The translations under genes and the position numbers were made by a program. Below are positions 17,453 through 26,122 of a stretch of 52,953 nt of DNA, one piece after another. The DNA is from Deltaproteobacteria bacterium (GTDB lineage Bacteria > Myxococcota_A > UBA9042 > DTJE01 > S145-11). The notes beneath the pieces are model-generated. The model saw only the letters and a program-made list of their open reading frames with translations. It had not been told where the DNA came from and searched no databases. The stretch spans positions 1-52,953 of the forward strand of contig WGCQ01000170.1 of NCBI GenBank assembly GCA_015493765.1. The letters run 5' to 3'. How positions within the stretch are numbered: position 1 is the first letter of the stretch; each line of letters opens with the position of its first letter.

Positions 17453-18517
17453 ATGGCAAAACGAACGAAGCCGGTCGAATTTTACGAATTTCTTGGTACG
17501 CTGAAAGGCCGCCGTTGTTTTGTGGCGGTCCTCGGATCACCGGACCCGGACGGCATGGCATCGGCATGGGCGGTTTCGATGATTGCACGCAGCCTGGGCA
17601 TAGACCTGCCCATATTCGGTTTCGAGGTAATCAGCAGGCCCGACAACATGGAGTTCCTGCGATTGCTGAAGGTTCCCATGACCATGGTCAGGGACCCTGA
17701 AATCCTTCAGGGCTATGACGGATTTATCGCCGTGGATCGCCAAAATCCGTGGCTGCCAAAGGATGTTAAAAACCCACCACCCCTGCTGGGTCACATCGAC
17801 CACCACCAAAAGTCCCCGACAGGGGCCGTGTTTTCCGATGTCCGGCAAAACGTGGGCAGTACATCCACGATACTTACCCAGTACCTGGAGGACCTCAAGG
17901 AGCACCTCGACACGAACGCGGATGCGTTCAGGCGCCTGTGTACCGCCTTGATGGTGGGGATCAGGACGGACACGGACGGATTGCTGCGTGCAAACAGCCA
18001 GGATTTTAGCGCTGCGGCATTCCTGGCACGCCATACGGATACGGATTTCATGTATGGGATCATGAAAAAACCGGTTGGTGAACGGTTTTTGGACTCCCTG
18101 CGTAGCGTGTTAAACACAATGAAACGAACCCCATACCTGTGCGTTGCCTACGCAGGACAGGTTGCCAGGGAGGCCAGGGATACCCTCGGCCAGTGTACGG
18201 ACTTCCTGCTGCACTCGGAAGGCGTACGTACCGTGGTAGTGTTCGGCCTCATAGATGGTGATGTGGTGGGGTCCATGCGGACCATGGACCCGGCCCTGGA
18301 CCCGTATCCGTTCCTGGTATCCGCCTTCCAGAAACACCTGTCCACGGAATTGAATGCAGGGGGGCGTCGTTTTGCCGGTGGTTTCCAGTTCGAGATAGAA
18401 AACCTGTTTGACGCACCGGATGTGTCGGAAGAGGAAATCTATCAAAAGGTGTTTGACATCCTGTTGACGCGGGCGCACAGGCGCTATGTCATGCAAAAAA
18501 GCAGGTCGCGGTCTTGA
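17453..18517 (+). CDS. DHH-family phosphoesterase (NrnA-like)
   Basis: RBS AAGGTGG at 17444-17450. Motifs GSPDPDGMASAW and GHIDHHQ (DHH). Confidence 0.75.
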   Translation: MAKRTKPVEFYEFLGTLKGRRCFVAVLGSPDPDGMASAWAVSMIARSLGIDLPIFGFEVISRPDNMEFLRLLKVPMTMVRDPEILQGYDGFIAVDRQNPWLPKDVKNPPPLLGHIDHHQKSPTGAVFSDVRQNVGSTSTILTQYLEDLKEHLDTNADAFRRLCTALMVGIRTDTDGLLRANSQDFSAAAFLARHTDTDFMYGIMKKPVGERFLDSLRSVLNTMKRTPYLCVAYAGQVAREARDTLGQCTDFLLHSEGVRTVVVFGLIDGDVVGSMRTMDPALDPYPFLVSAFQKHLSTELNAGGRRFAGGFQFEIENLFDAPDVSEEEIYQKVFDILLTRAHRRYVMQKSRSRS

Positions 18518-18645
18518 CCTTGTGATGCGGCGGTGTATGGGAATTCGATCGCAAAAAACTTGTTGGATTTTTCAACAGAGATGCTGAAAAATCTGATTTT
18601 TGTAACAAGTTTGTGGTTTTTTCCTACGGAAGCGGGCAAACATAA

Positions 18646-18669
18646 TTGACACAAAAACGCTTTTTGTGT
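18646..18669 (+). promoter_or_regulatory. TTGACA hexamer overlapping a perfect 9-bp-arm palindrome ACACAAAAA-CGC-TTTTTGTGT (candidate operator or 5' hairpin)
   Basis: TTGACA at 18646-18651 and the palindrome at 18649-18669, directly upstream of the RBS-like AGAGGA and the cytochrome start. Confidence 0.35.
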
Positions 18670-18685
18670 TAGAGGATGCAGGAAC

Positions 18686-19612
18686 ATGGGACGGGGTACC
18701 ATGAAAAAAATACTGTTTTTCGATATTGTATTGCTGGCGGGGCTGCTGTTGTCGGTGGGCCGGGTAAATGCGGCACCTGCCGTACCTGAGAGCGGTACTG
18801 ACCAGGCCTGTTTGCGTTGTCATGCCCAAACCACCACCTGGAAGCAGTGGACTCACAGCGCCCATTACAAGGCGGGGTTGACCTGCACCATGTGCCACAA
18901 GGGGGCTGACAAACCGGACCACAAGGCGGCGGATGTCAGTAAACCGGCATGTACGGATTGCCACTACTACTGGAAGGATAAGGCAGCGGAATTCAAGGAC
19001 AGCATCCATGCAAAAAAGGGATTAAACTGCACTTCATGCCACAATCCGCATGCCGATACGGCCATGGCACCGGCCAATCCCCGGCAGTTTGCGAAAAGGT
19101 GCACCAGGTGTCACAAGGGCAACGTGCTGAAACTGCACGCATTTATGCCGCATGCTGACATGCATTTGTCCCAGCAGTCGTGTTTCGTGTGTCACTCCGA
19201 TGTCCACACGGTCCTGTCCAAAAAGGACAATACGGTGACCTGTAGTTCCTGCCACCCGGGCAAGACCCTGGTTAAAAAAGTCCTGCCCAGGCACAAAGCG
19301 TTTTTCCCCAGGATCGCCCTGCACATGCGGAAATTGAACTGCGAGGACTGCCACAGGCCGAAAGGCCCCATCAAAACGTGCAGTTCGTGCCATTCGGAAA
19401 AATCAATACTGGCCCGCGCCCAGCAGAATAAAAACGGCTGGATCACCGATGAGCCGGTATTGCAAAAATACGGGTACATGGTGGGCACCAACCACGTAAA
19501 GTGGCTGGATATTATCGGGATATTGATGTTTGCCGGTGCCCTGGCCGTGTGGGTATTCCACGGTGGTCTCAGGATTCTGGCCGCTATGATGCGTAAGGGG
19601 GGTAAACGATGA
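18686..19612 (+). CDS. nine-haem c-type cytochrome with C-terminal membrane anchor
   Basis: Signal peptide, 9 CXXCH motifs (CLRCH, CTMCH, CTDCH, CTSCH, CTRCH, CFVCH, CSSCH, CEDCH, CSSCH) and a C-terminal TM helix. An alternative start is the ATG at 18701. Confidence 0.85.
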   Translation: MGRGTMKKILFFDIVLLAGLLLSVGRVNAAPAVPESGTDQACLRCHAQTTTWKQWTHSAHYKAGLTCTMCHKGADKPDHKAADVSKPACTDCHYYWKDKAAEFKDSIHAKKGLNCTSCHNPHADTAMAPANPRQFAKRCTRCHKGNVLKLHAFMPHADMHLSQQSCFVCHSDVHTVLSKKDNTVTCSSCHPGKTLVKKVLPRHKAFFPRIALHMRKLNCEDCHRPKGPIKTCSSCHSEKSILARAQQNKNGWITDEPVLQKYGYMVGTNHVKWLDIIGILMFAGALAVWVFHGGLRILAAMMRKGGKR

Positions 19613-20235
19613 GTCACAAAAGGGTATATCTGCATCCCCTGACCGAACGGATATGGCACTGGATACATGCGCTGGCCGTGGTCATGCTGGCAATCACGGG
19701 TGTGCAGTTGCACTGGCCTGGCAGTATCCACTGGTTCGGGTCCCTGAAAACGGCAATGAGCATCCACGAGTTTTTCGGCGCAACCCTGGTGCTGGACTTC
19801 CTGTTGTGGCTGTTTTATAACCTGTTCAGCGGCAGGATCAAGCACTACATACCGACCATGTTTGACCTCACGAAGGGTGCCGTGATCCAGGCAAAATTCT
19901 ATGGACTGGGCATATTCCAGGGCAAGCCGCATCCCTTTGCGCCTACCGAGGACAACAAATTCAACCCGTTGCAAAAGACATCCTATTTCGGATTGATGGC
20001 CTTCCTGGTGCCCCTTTTGCTGGCCAGCGGCATTTTGTACATGTTTCCAGTCAGGTTTGCCGGCATAATCAAGGCCATCGGCGGCATGACCGTGTTGGGG
20101 CTGGCGCATACGGCCATTGCATTCATCGTGGTGGCCTTTGTTACGGTCCACCTGTACCTCACCACCACCGGACACACCTTGTTCGAAGAAATCATGACCA
20201 TGATAACAGGGTGGAAGGAAACCGAAGAGGACTAA
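19609..20235 (+). CDS. membrane b-type cytochrome (Ni/Fe-hydrogenase / formate dehydrogenase gamma-like cytochrome b family)
   Basis: ATGA overlap with the cytochrome c gene. Four predicted TM helices with conserved His residues (ERIWHWIHALAVV, HEFFG, HTAIAFIVVAFVTVH). Confidence 0.7.
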   Translation: MSHKRVYLHPLTERIWHWIHALAVVMLAITGVQLHWPGSIHWFGSLKTAMSIHEFFGATLVLDFLLWLFYNLFSGRIKHYIPTMFDLTKGAVIQAKFYGLGIFQGKPHPFAPTEDNKFNPLQKTSYFGLMAFLVPLLLASGILYMFPVRFAGIIKAIGGMTVLGLAHTAIAFIVVAFVTVHLYLTTTGHTLFEEIMTMITGWKETEED

Positions 20236-20255
20236 GTCCGTTGATGACTCCGGTT

Positions 20256-20290
20256 CTCAAATTTGTCCTCAAATTTGACAGGTAGGTTGA
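20256..20290 (+). repeat. intergenic box, TTGACA variant with a duplicated 5' half
   Basis: CTCAAATTTGTC + CTCAAATTTGACAGGTAGGTTGA. Confidence 0.65.
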
Positions 20291-20300
20291 TAAAACATAC

Positions 20301-20329
20301 TTGCCATATCCGTTTTATTGCGGCAGAAT
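20301..20329 (+). promoter_or_regulatory. candidate sigma70-type promoter of the iorA-fusion operon (TTGCCA-17-CAGAAT)
   Basis: Hexamers at 20301-20306 and 20324-20329, 10 nt downstream of the box copy and about 55 nt upstream of the ATG. Confidence 0.35.
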
Positions 20330-20384
20330 AGTCAAGCCCGGCAGTACACAAGCAAGCCGGTAAAACAGGAGACAGGCACGACCA

Positions 20385-23300
20385 ATGAAGGATTTAGCAA
20401 AACAACCACCGTTTTCCACGCTCTTGTTGACCAACCAGGCGATTGTCAGGGGTGCGCTCGAGGCGGGCGTGACCTTTGCCGCAACGTATCCGGGGACGCC
20501 GGCATCCGAGATCGGCGATACCTTTTACAGGGTCTTCAGGTCCGGTGAAATCCCGGAATTTCGATTCGAATACGCGGTAAACGAAAAGGCTGCCATAGAG
20601 ACCGTGATCGGTTTCAGCCAGGCCGGCCACAGGGCCATGGCCAGCATGAAGCACGTGGGCCTGAACGTGGCCGCCGATGCGTTTATGACGTTTGCATACC
20701 TGGGTGTTAAGGGCGGCACGGTGATCGTTTCCGCGGATGACCCGGGCTGCCATTCCTCGCAAAACGAGCAGGACAACCGTTTGTTTGCAAAACTGGCCTA
20801 CATGCCCATGATCGAACCTGCCACGCCCCAGGAGGCCAAGGACCTGGTGGTTGCGGCATATCCGCTGTCGGAAGACCTGGCGGTCCCGATCCTGCTACGC
20901 CTGACAACCAGGATTGCTCACATGAGGGGCATCGTGGATTTTGGCCCGTTCAAATCCAGGCCAGAAAACCGCGGCGTGTTTGTCAAAGACCCGTATAACC
21001 TGGTGGTGCTGCCGGCAAATGCCAGGCGATTGCACCCGAAATTGCTGAAAAAACTGGCCCGGGCCGAGGCTATATTCGGCAAGGCCCCGTTTGCCAGGTT
21101 TACACCTGGCGAGGGCAAGGTGGGCATCATCGCCACAGGCGTCAGCCGCAATTACGTGAAAAATATCCTCCAGGAATACAATATCGGGGCACAGGCGGCC
21201 TTGCTGGAAATGGCGGGTACGAATCCCTTGCCCAAAACGGTGATCGCGGATTTCCTGGCGAAATATCCGAAGGTGCTGATCGTGGAGGAATTGCAGCCCT
21301 TCGTGGAGGACCAGGTGCTGGCCATTGCGGGTGGCAAGGGTCTGGGTGTCGAGGTCCTGGGTAAGCACACGGATGACCTGCCGGAAGTCGGTGAATTCGA
21401 CATCGATACCGTGGCCCGGGCCATGTCACGGCTGATTCCCGATATAAAAGTCGGGTCCGAGAGCGTGCAGGCGCCGGACGTACCGATCCGTCCGCCCGTG
21501 TTGTGTCCCGGGTGCCCGCACCGGGCCACCTACGCCATGGTGAAAGAGGTCATCCCGGATGCGATCTGGTCCACGGACATCGGGTGCTATACACTGGGGA
21601 TCAACAAGCCCTTTGAAATGGCGGACTTGCTGGTGTGCATGGGCGCCTCGGTCACTGCGGGCGGCGCCTTGTCAGTGGCCCAGCAAAAGCCCGTGGTCGC
21701 ATTTATCGGGGATTCCACGTTTTTCCACATGGGGCTTTCGGGCCTTGCCAATGCCATCTTTAATCGTCACAACCTGCTCCTGGTGGTCCTGGACAACACC
21801 ACCACTGCCATGACCGGATTTCAGCCAAACCCCGGCTGGGGCGGCCAGGCCACGATCGACATCGAAAAGATCGCCCAGGCCATGGGCGCCGCGTTCACGG
21901 CCACGGTGGACCCGTATGACACACCGCGGATGCTAAATGCGGTCAAGCAGGCGGCCAGTACACCGGGTGTGTCCGTGATCGTGTCCAAGAGCCCCTGTGT
22001 CCAGGCCGGCGAAAAATCGGGATTTACAGCACGCATTACCACGAAATACCGAATCGAGCGTTCGAAGTGCCAGCACTGCGGCAACCTGGACGCCGGGCGC
22101 CATTGCCGTATGCCTATACAGCGTGATTATACCTCAGTGCGGGTAAACAAGCGCCTGTGGTCCATGGATGTAAAGGTCGATATGCCAAAGGCACTGGAAA
22201 ATCCGCCGTGTACCGCGGCATGCCCGATCAACCTGTGCGCCCAGGGTTACGTGGGCTACGTGGCGGCCGGTGATTTCGAGGGCGCCTTTGAACTGGTGCG
22301 CAAGCGCCTGCCCTTGCCCTCGTTGTGTGCATACGTGTGCCACCATCCGTGCGAGGATGCGTGCACGCTGAATGCAATGGGCGATGACCCGGTGGCGATC
22401 CGCATGTTGAAGAGGGCTGCCATACACTTCGGTCGGCGGGGCGGCGTGCTGAAACCGGGTGAACCAACGGGCAAACGCGTGGCCGTGGTGGGCGGCGGTC
22501 CTGCCGGGCTGTCCGCGGCAAGCGACCTGATCGAGGCCGGCCACGGAGTGACCATTTTCGAGGCATCGGACCGGCTGGGTGGCATACCCGAGCAGGTGAT
22601 CCCCGAATTCAGGCTGCCTCGCGAGGAGTACGAAAAGGACATCCGGGACATAGTGGACATGGGCGTGGATGTAAAACTGAACCGGGCCATGGGCAGGGAT
22701 TTCAGCCTGCAGGACCTGCAAAAACAGTACGATGCGGTGTTGCTGTGCATTGGCAGGACCGAGCCCAGGCGCCTTGCAGGGGCCGAAGGCGTGGAGGGTG
22801 TCGTGGATGCGATGGCGTTTTTGCGTGACCCGGATGCCCTTGATTTGAAGGGCAGGTCAGTCGGGGTGATCGGCGGTGGCAACACGGCCATGGATACGGC
22901 CAGGCAGGCCCGGCGCATGGGGGCCGAGGTGATGGTGTTTTACCGCAGGGACCAGGCGTCAATGCCCGCGTTGCCCGAGGAAGTACATGCCGCCATGCAG
23001 GAGGGCGTAACGTTTGAATTTCTGGCATCGCCAAGGTCATTTGAAAACCGAAATGGTCAGGTAGAGGTGGTTTTTGACCGCATGGAACTGAAGGGTACGG
23101 ATGCGGACGGACGCGGCAGGCCAGTGCCTGTGCAGGGCGGTGATTTTGTGCGGTCCATGGACATGTGCATGAAGGCGATCGGCGAGCGCTCCGGTGCCGC
23201 TGCGGTGTTGCAGGGCAGCGGGGTCACGTTGGACAAGGGCGGTTCGATCCAAATCGACCCGGATACCATGATGACCAGCGTGGACGGTGTGTTTGCCGGT

Positions 23301-23747
23301 GGTGACGGGGCCATGGGCCAGGGCACGGTGATTCACGCGGTCAGGGACGGCAAGGCTGCGGCCGCTGCCATTGATGCATTTCTGAAAACAGGCAAGGCCG
23401 TGGTGCCGGACCAGTACAAACCGGTGAAACAGGAAAAAACCTTCAAGCCACCCCGTTTCAAGGCCCAGGGGCGGTTAATCGAACAGGACCCAATCGAGTG
23501 GGAGGGGCGCATTTTCCCCGAAGGCTGGACCCGGGAGACATTCAAACAAAAGGCCGTTGAGGAGGCCGGGCGCTGCATCCAGTGCGGTACGTGCGCAAAC
23601 TGTACCGCGTGTATTGACAAAACGGGCTGTCCGGCGATTATCATGGGACCGCAGGGACCTGAAATCCTGGAGGACCAGTGCGTGGGCTGCGGGTTGTGCG
23701 CCCTGGTGTGTCCGAACGATGCAATCATAAAGTACAAGGTGGAGTAA
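20385..23747 (+). CDS. iorA: indolepyruvate/2-oxoacid:ferredoxin oxidoreductase alpha subunit fused to a GltD-like NAD(P)H-flavin oxidoreductase module, with a C-terminal 2x[4Fe-4S] ferredoxin domain
   Basis: IorA-type N-terminus (LLTNQAIVRGALEAGVTFAATYPGTPASEI) and TPP motif GDSTFFHMG. This is followed by a GltD-like Cys-rich segment (PPCTAACPINLC...CHHPCEDAC) and two Rossmann motifs (VAVVGGGPAGLSAA, VGVIGGGNTAMDTA). The protein ends with CIQCGTCANC...CVGCGLCALVCP. Confidence 0.8.
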   Translation: MKDLAKQPPFSTLLLTNQAIVRGALEAGVTFAATYPGTPASEIGDTFYRVFRSGEIPEFRFEYAVNEKAAIETVIGFSQAGHRAMASMKHVGLNVAADAFMTFAYLGVKGGTVIVSADDPGCHSSQNEQDNRLFAKLAYMPMIEPATPQEAKDLVVAAYPLSEDLAVPILLRLTTRIAHMRGIVDFGPFKSRPENRGVFVKDPYNLVVLPANARRLHPKLLKKLARAEAIFGKAPFARFTPGEGKVGIIATGVSRNYVKNILQEYNIGAQAALLEMAGTNPLPKTVIADFLAKYPKVLIVEELQPFVEDQVLAIAGGKGLGVEVLGKHTDDLPEVGEFDIDTVARAMSRLIPDIKVGSESVQAPDVPIRPPVLCPGCPHRATYAMVKEVIPDAIWSTDIGCYTLGINKPFEMADLLVCMGASVTAGGALSVAQQKPVVAFIGDSTFFHMGLSGLANAIFNRHNLLLVVLDNTTTAMTGFQPNPGWGGQATIDIEKIAQAMGAAFTATVDPYDTPRMLNAVKQAASTPGVSVIVSKSPCVQAGEKSGFTARITTKYRIERSKCQHCGNLDAGRHCRMPIQRDYTSVRVNKRLWSMDVKVDMPKALENPPCTAACPINLCAQGYVGYVAAGDFEGAFELVRKRLPLPSLCAYVCHHPCEDACTLNAMGDDPVAIRMLKRAAIHFGRRGGVLKPGEPTGKRVAVVGGGPAGLSAASDLIEAGHGVTIFEASDRLGGIPEQVIPEFRLPREEYEKDIRDIVDMGVDVKLNRAMGRDFSLQDLQKQYDAVLLCIGRTEPRRLAGAEGVEGVVDAMAFLRDPDALDLKGRSVGVIGGGNTAMDTARQARRMGAEVMVFYRRDQASMPALPEEVHAAMQEGVTFEFLASPRSFENRNGQVEVVFDRMELKGTDADGRGRPVPVQGGDFVRSMDMCMKAIGERSGAAAVLQGSGVTLDKGGSIQIDPDTMMTSVDGVFAGGDGAMGQGTVIHAVRDGKAAAAAIDAFLKTGKAVVPDQYKPVKQEKTFKPPRFKAQGRLIEQDPIEWEGRIFPEGWTRETFKQKAVEEAGRCIQCGTCANCTACIDKTGCPAIIMGPQGPEILEDQCVGCGLCALVCPNDAIIKYKVE

Positions 23748-24343
23748 TGGCATTCAGAATACAGATCGTGGGCGTAGGCGGACATGGCGTTATCCTGGTG
23801 GCCAGGGTGTTGTCGCAGTGTGCGGCGGATGCCGGTATGCACTGCGTGATGAGCGAGGTGCACGGTATGAGCCAGCGCGGCGGGATCGTGCACAGCAGCG
23901 TGGTGATCGACGGCGGTGATGCGCCCCTGATCGGCACGGGCCAGGCGGATTTGCTGGTGGCCAGCGAGGCGGGTGAGGCGCTGCGACAGGGCGGGCTGTT
24001 GAAGGCGGGGGGCACCCTGGTGCTGAACGAATTGACCGTGCTGCCGCCCCACATGGTGGGTACGGATGATGCGTATCCCTCGGTGGACGAGGTGACCAGG
24101 TGGTTTACGGAACACGGATTTCGGGTCTGGCGCGTACAGGGCTCGCGGATCGCGGAGGATGCAGGCAGCATCAGGGTAATGAACAGCGCCATGCTGGGCA
24201 CGATCGTAAAAAGCGGTGTGCTGCCGTTTGATATGAAACAGATGACCGAAGCCTTAATCACGGTGACCAGGGGCAGGCTTCGGGAAAAGAACATCGCAGC
24301 CCTGCATCGGGGCTTCGAGGAATGCCGAATGGAGGCCCTGTGA
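23747..24343 (+). CDS. iorB: indolepyruvate oxidoreductase beta subunit
   Basis: TAATG overlap with iorA. Motif IVGVGGHGVILVARVLSQ...SEVHGMSQRGGIVHSSV. Confidence 0.8.
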   Translation: MAFRIQIVGVGGHGVILVARVLSQCAADAGMHCVMSEVHGMSQRGGIVHSSVVIDGGDAPLIGTGQADLLVASEAGEALRQGGLLKAGGTLVLNELTVLPPHMVGTDDAYPSVDEVTRWFTEHGFRVWRVQGSRIAEDAGSIRVMNSAMLGTIVKSGVLPFDMKQMTEALITVTRGRLREKNIAALHRGFEECRMEAL

Positions 24344-24786
24344 AAGAGGTACTCGACGCAGAGGGCCGGGCCAGGATCGAATCACTGTTGATGGCCAGGT
24401 ACGGTTCGTACCTGCGCGGTGAGACATTCAAGGTCACGGCCCTGGGCCAGTCTGACAGCATCGTGTTAAAGGTCGCGCTGGAAAGCCACGACCGGATGTC
24501 CCGCTATACCTTTGACATCAGTGCAGGTTCCAGGTCAAACGGGATCAGCCTGAGTGAGGCATTGGACCTGGCCCTGGATTTTTTGGGATTTTACCTGGAC
24601 CAATTTTTCGAGGAAAACCGGGAATACCTGTTGCCCCTGGACTACCAGCCCTACGAGTTCGTTGATCATACGGTTTATGCCAGGGGGGATTTTACACGCC
24701 CCAAACTGGATGAAATGGCGGACCGCATACTGCGGGAAGGCCGCAAGATAGAACTTGATGACCCGGATCCCAAATTACAGGACTAA
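24340..24786 (+). CDS. hypothetical protein translationally coupled to iorB
   Basis: GTGA overlap with the iorB stop, with GGAGG at 24331-24335. The ORF track starts it at ATG 24322, which has no usable RBS. No recognised domain. Confidence 0.5.
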   Translation: MKEVLDAEGRARIESLLMARYGSYLRGETFKVTALGQSDSIVLKVALESHDRMSRYTFDISAGSRSNGISLSEALDLALDFLGFYLDQFFEENREYLLPLDYQPYEFVDHTVYARGDFTRPKLDEMADRILREGRKIELDDPDPKLQD

Positions 24787-24982
24787 TTGAATCTCCGCCT
24801 GGTTGCTGGTTGTAACGGCCTTGGGGTGGTTTGCATAACCCTTGGGTTTATTCCCGTGTTTTTATAATGAAAAATTGATAATTGATCATGGGATTATCAA
24901 AAAAATCATGTAATATGGTCCGGGTGTGGGTGTCCTTTATGCGACCGGTCACCTTCACCGCATTTATTTAAAGGAGGTATGT

Positions 24983-26122
24983 ATGAATATCGGGGTACCC
25001 AAAGAGGTGTTGATCGAGGAAAAACGCGTAGGCCTGGTCCCACATGCCGTGGATTTCCTGGTTCGCCGCGGCCACAGGGTATTCGTTGAAACAGGTGCCG
25101 GTGCAGGTGCCTGTTGCAGCGACGATGAATTCACGAATGCAGGGGCAACGATCGTGTATAACCACAAGGAGGCATTCATGAGGGCTGACCTGGTATTGAA
25201 AGTAATGCCGCCTACCAGGGAGGAGGCCGAGTTTTTTCATGAAGGCCAGGTCCTGTTGTCATCGCTGGAACTGGGGATGCGTTCAAAAGGGGCCTTACAG
25301 GCGTTAATCCAAAGTGGTGTGACCGCCATGGGTTACGAAATCCTTGAGGATGAGCACGGCGAATTGCCTGTGCTGTTGCCCATGAGCGAGATCACGGGTC
25401 GTCTGTTGCCTGTGCTGGCGGCCAACCTGATGATGATTCAAAATGGCGGTCCGGGTATAGTACTGGGGGGGGTGCCAGGTTTGAAGGCGGCTCGTGTCGT
25501 GATTATCGGGGCAGGTGTAGTGGGTGTGACCGCGGCCAGGACGTTCGATGCGCTGGGTGCCAGGGTGGTACTCATGGACAGGGATATGCGTCGGTTGCGT
25601 AACGCCAAGTCCCGGGTTGGTGCCGGGTTGTGTGTACAACTGGCAGTGCCCTACAAGGTCATCCGTGAGATAGCCCAGGCCGACGTGGTTATTGGTGCTG
25701 TTCTTGCCAGGGGTAACGTTAGCCCGGTGGTGATTACGGACGACATGCTGAGGTCCATGCGTCCCAACGGTCTGGTCATGGACGTGTCAATCGACCAGGG
25801 CGGTTGTGTAGAGGGCATAAGGCCCACCAGCACGCGTGACCCTGTTTATCGCGAGCACAATATCAACTTTTTTGCTGTACCCAATATCCCGTCCATGGTG
25901 CCCAGGGCCGCCAGCGTGGCATTGTCGAACGTGGTGCTGTCGTTCGTACAACTAATGGATGACCTGGGTAGCCTGGGACCCGACAGGGTGCTGGCGCGTT
26001 ACCCGGTACTTGGCAAGGGGGTATATGCTCACAAGGGCAAGTGTACCCATCCCAGGATAGCCGAACTGGCGGGCAGGGACTACGCGGGGCCGTGTTGCAG
26101 CATAGAGGAGGTGGACGCATGA
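24983..26122 (+). CDS. ald: alanine dehydrogenase
   Basis: RBS AAGGAGG at 24971-24977. N-terminus MNIGVPKEVLIEEKRVGLVP and NAD loop VVIIGAGVVGVTAA. Confidence 0.85.
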   Translation: MNIGVPKEVLIEEKRVGLVPHAVDFLVRRGHRVFVETGAGAGACCSDDEFTNAGATIVYNHKEAFMRADLVLKVMPPTREEAEFFHEGQVLLSSLELGMRSKGALQALIQSGVTAMGYEILEDEHGELPVLLPMSEITGRLLPVLAANLMMIQNGGPGIVLGGVPGLKAARVVIIGAGVVGVTAARTFDALGARVVLMDRDMRRLRNAKSRVGAGLCVQLAVPYKVIREIAQADVVIGAVLARGNVSPVVITDDMLRSMRPNGLVMDVSIDQGGCVEGIRPTSTRDPVYREHNINFFAVPNIPSMVPRAASVALSNVVLSFVQLMDDLGSLGPDRVLARYPVLGKGVYAHKGKCTHPRIAELAGRDYAGPCCSIEEVDA

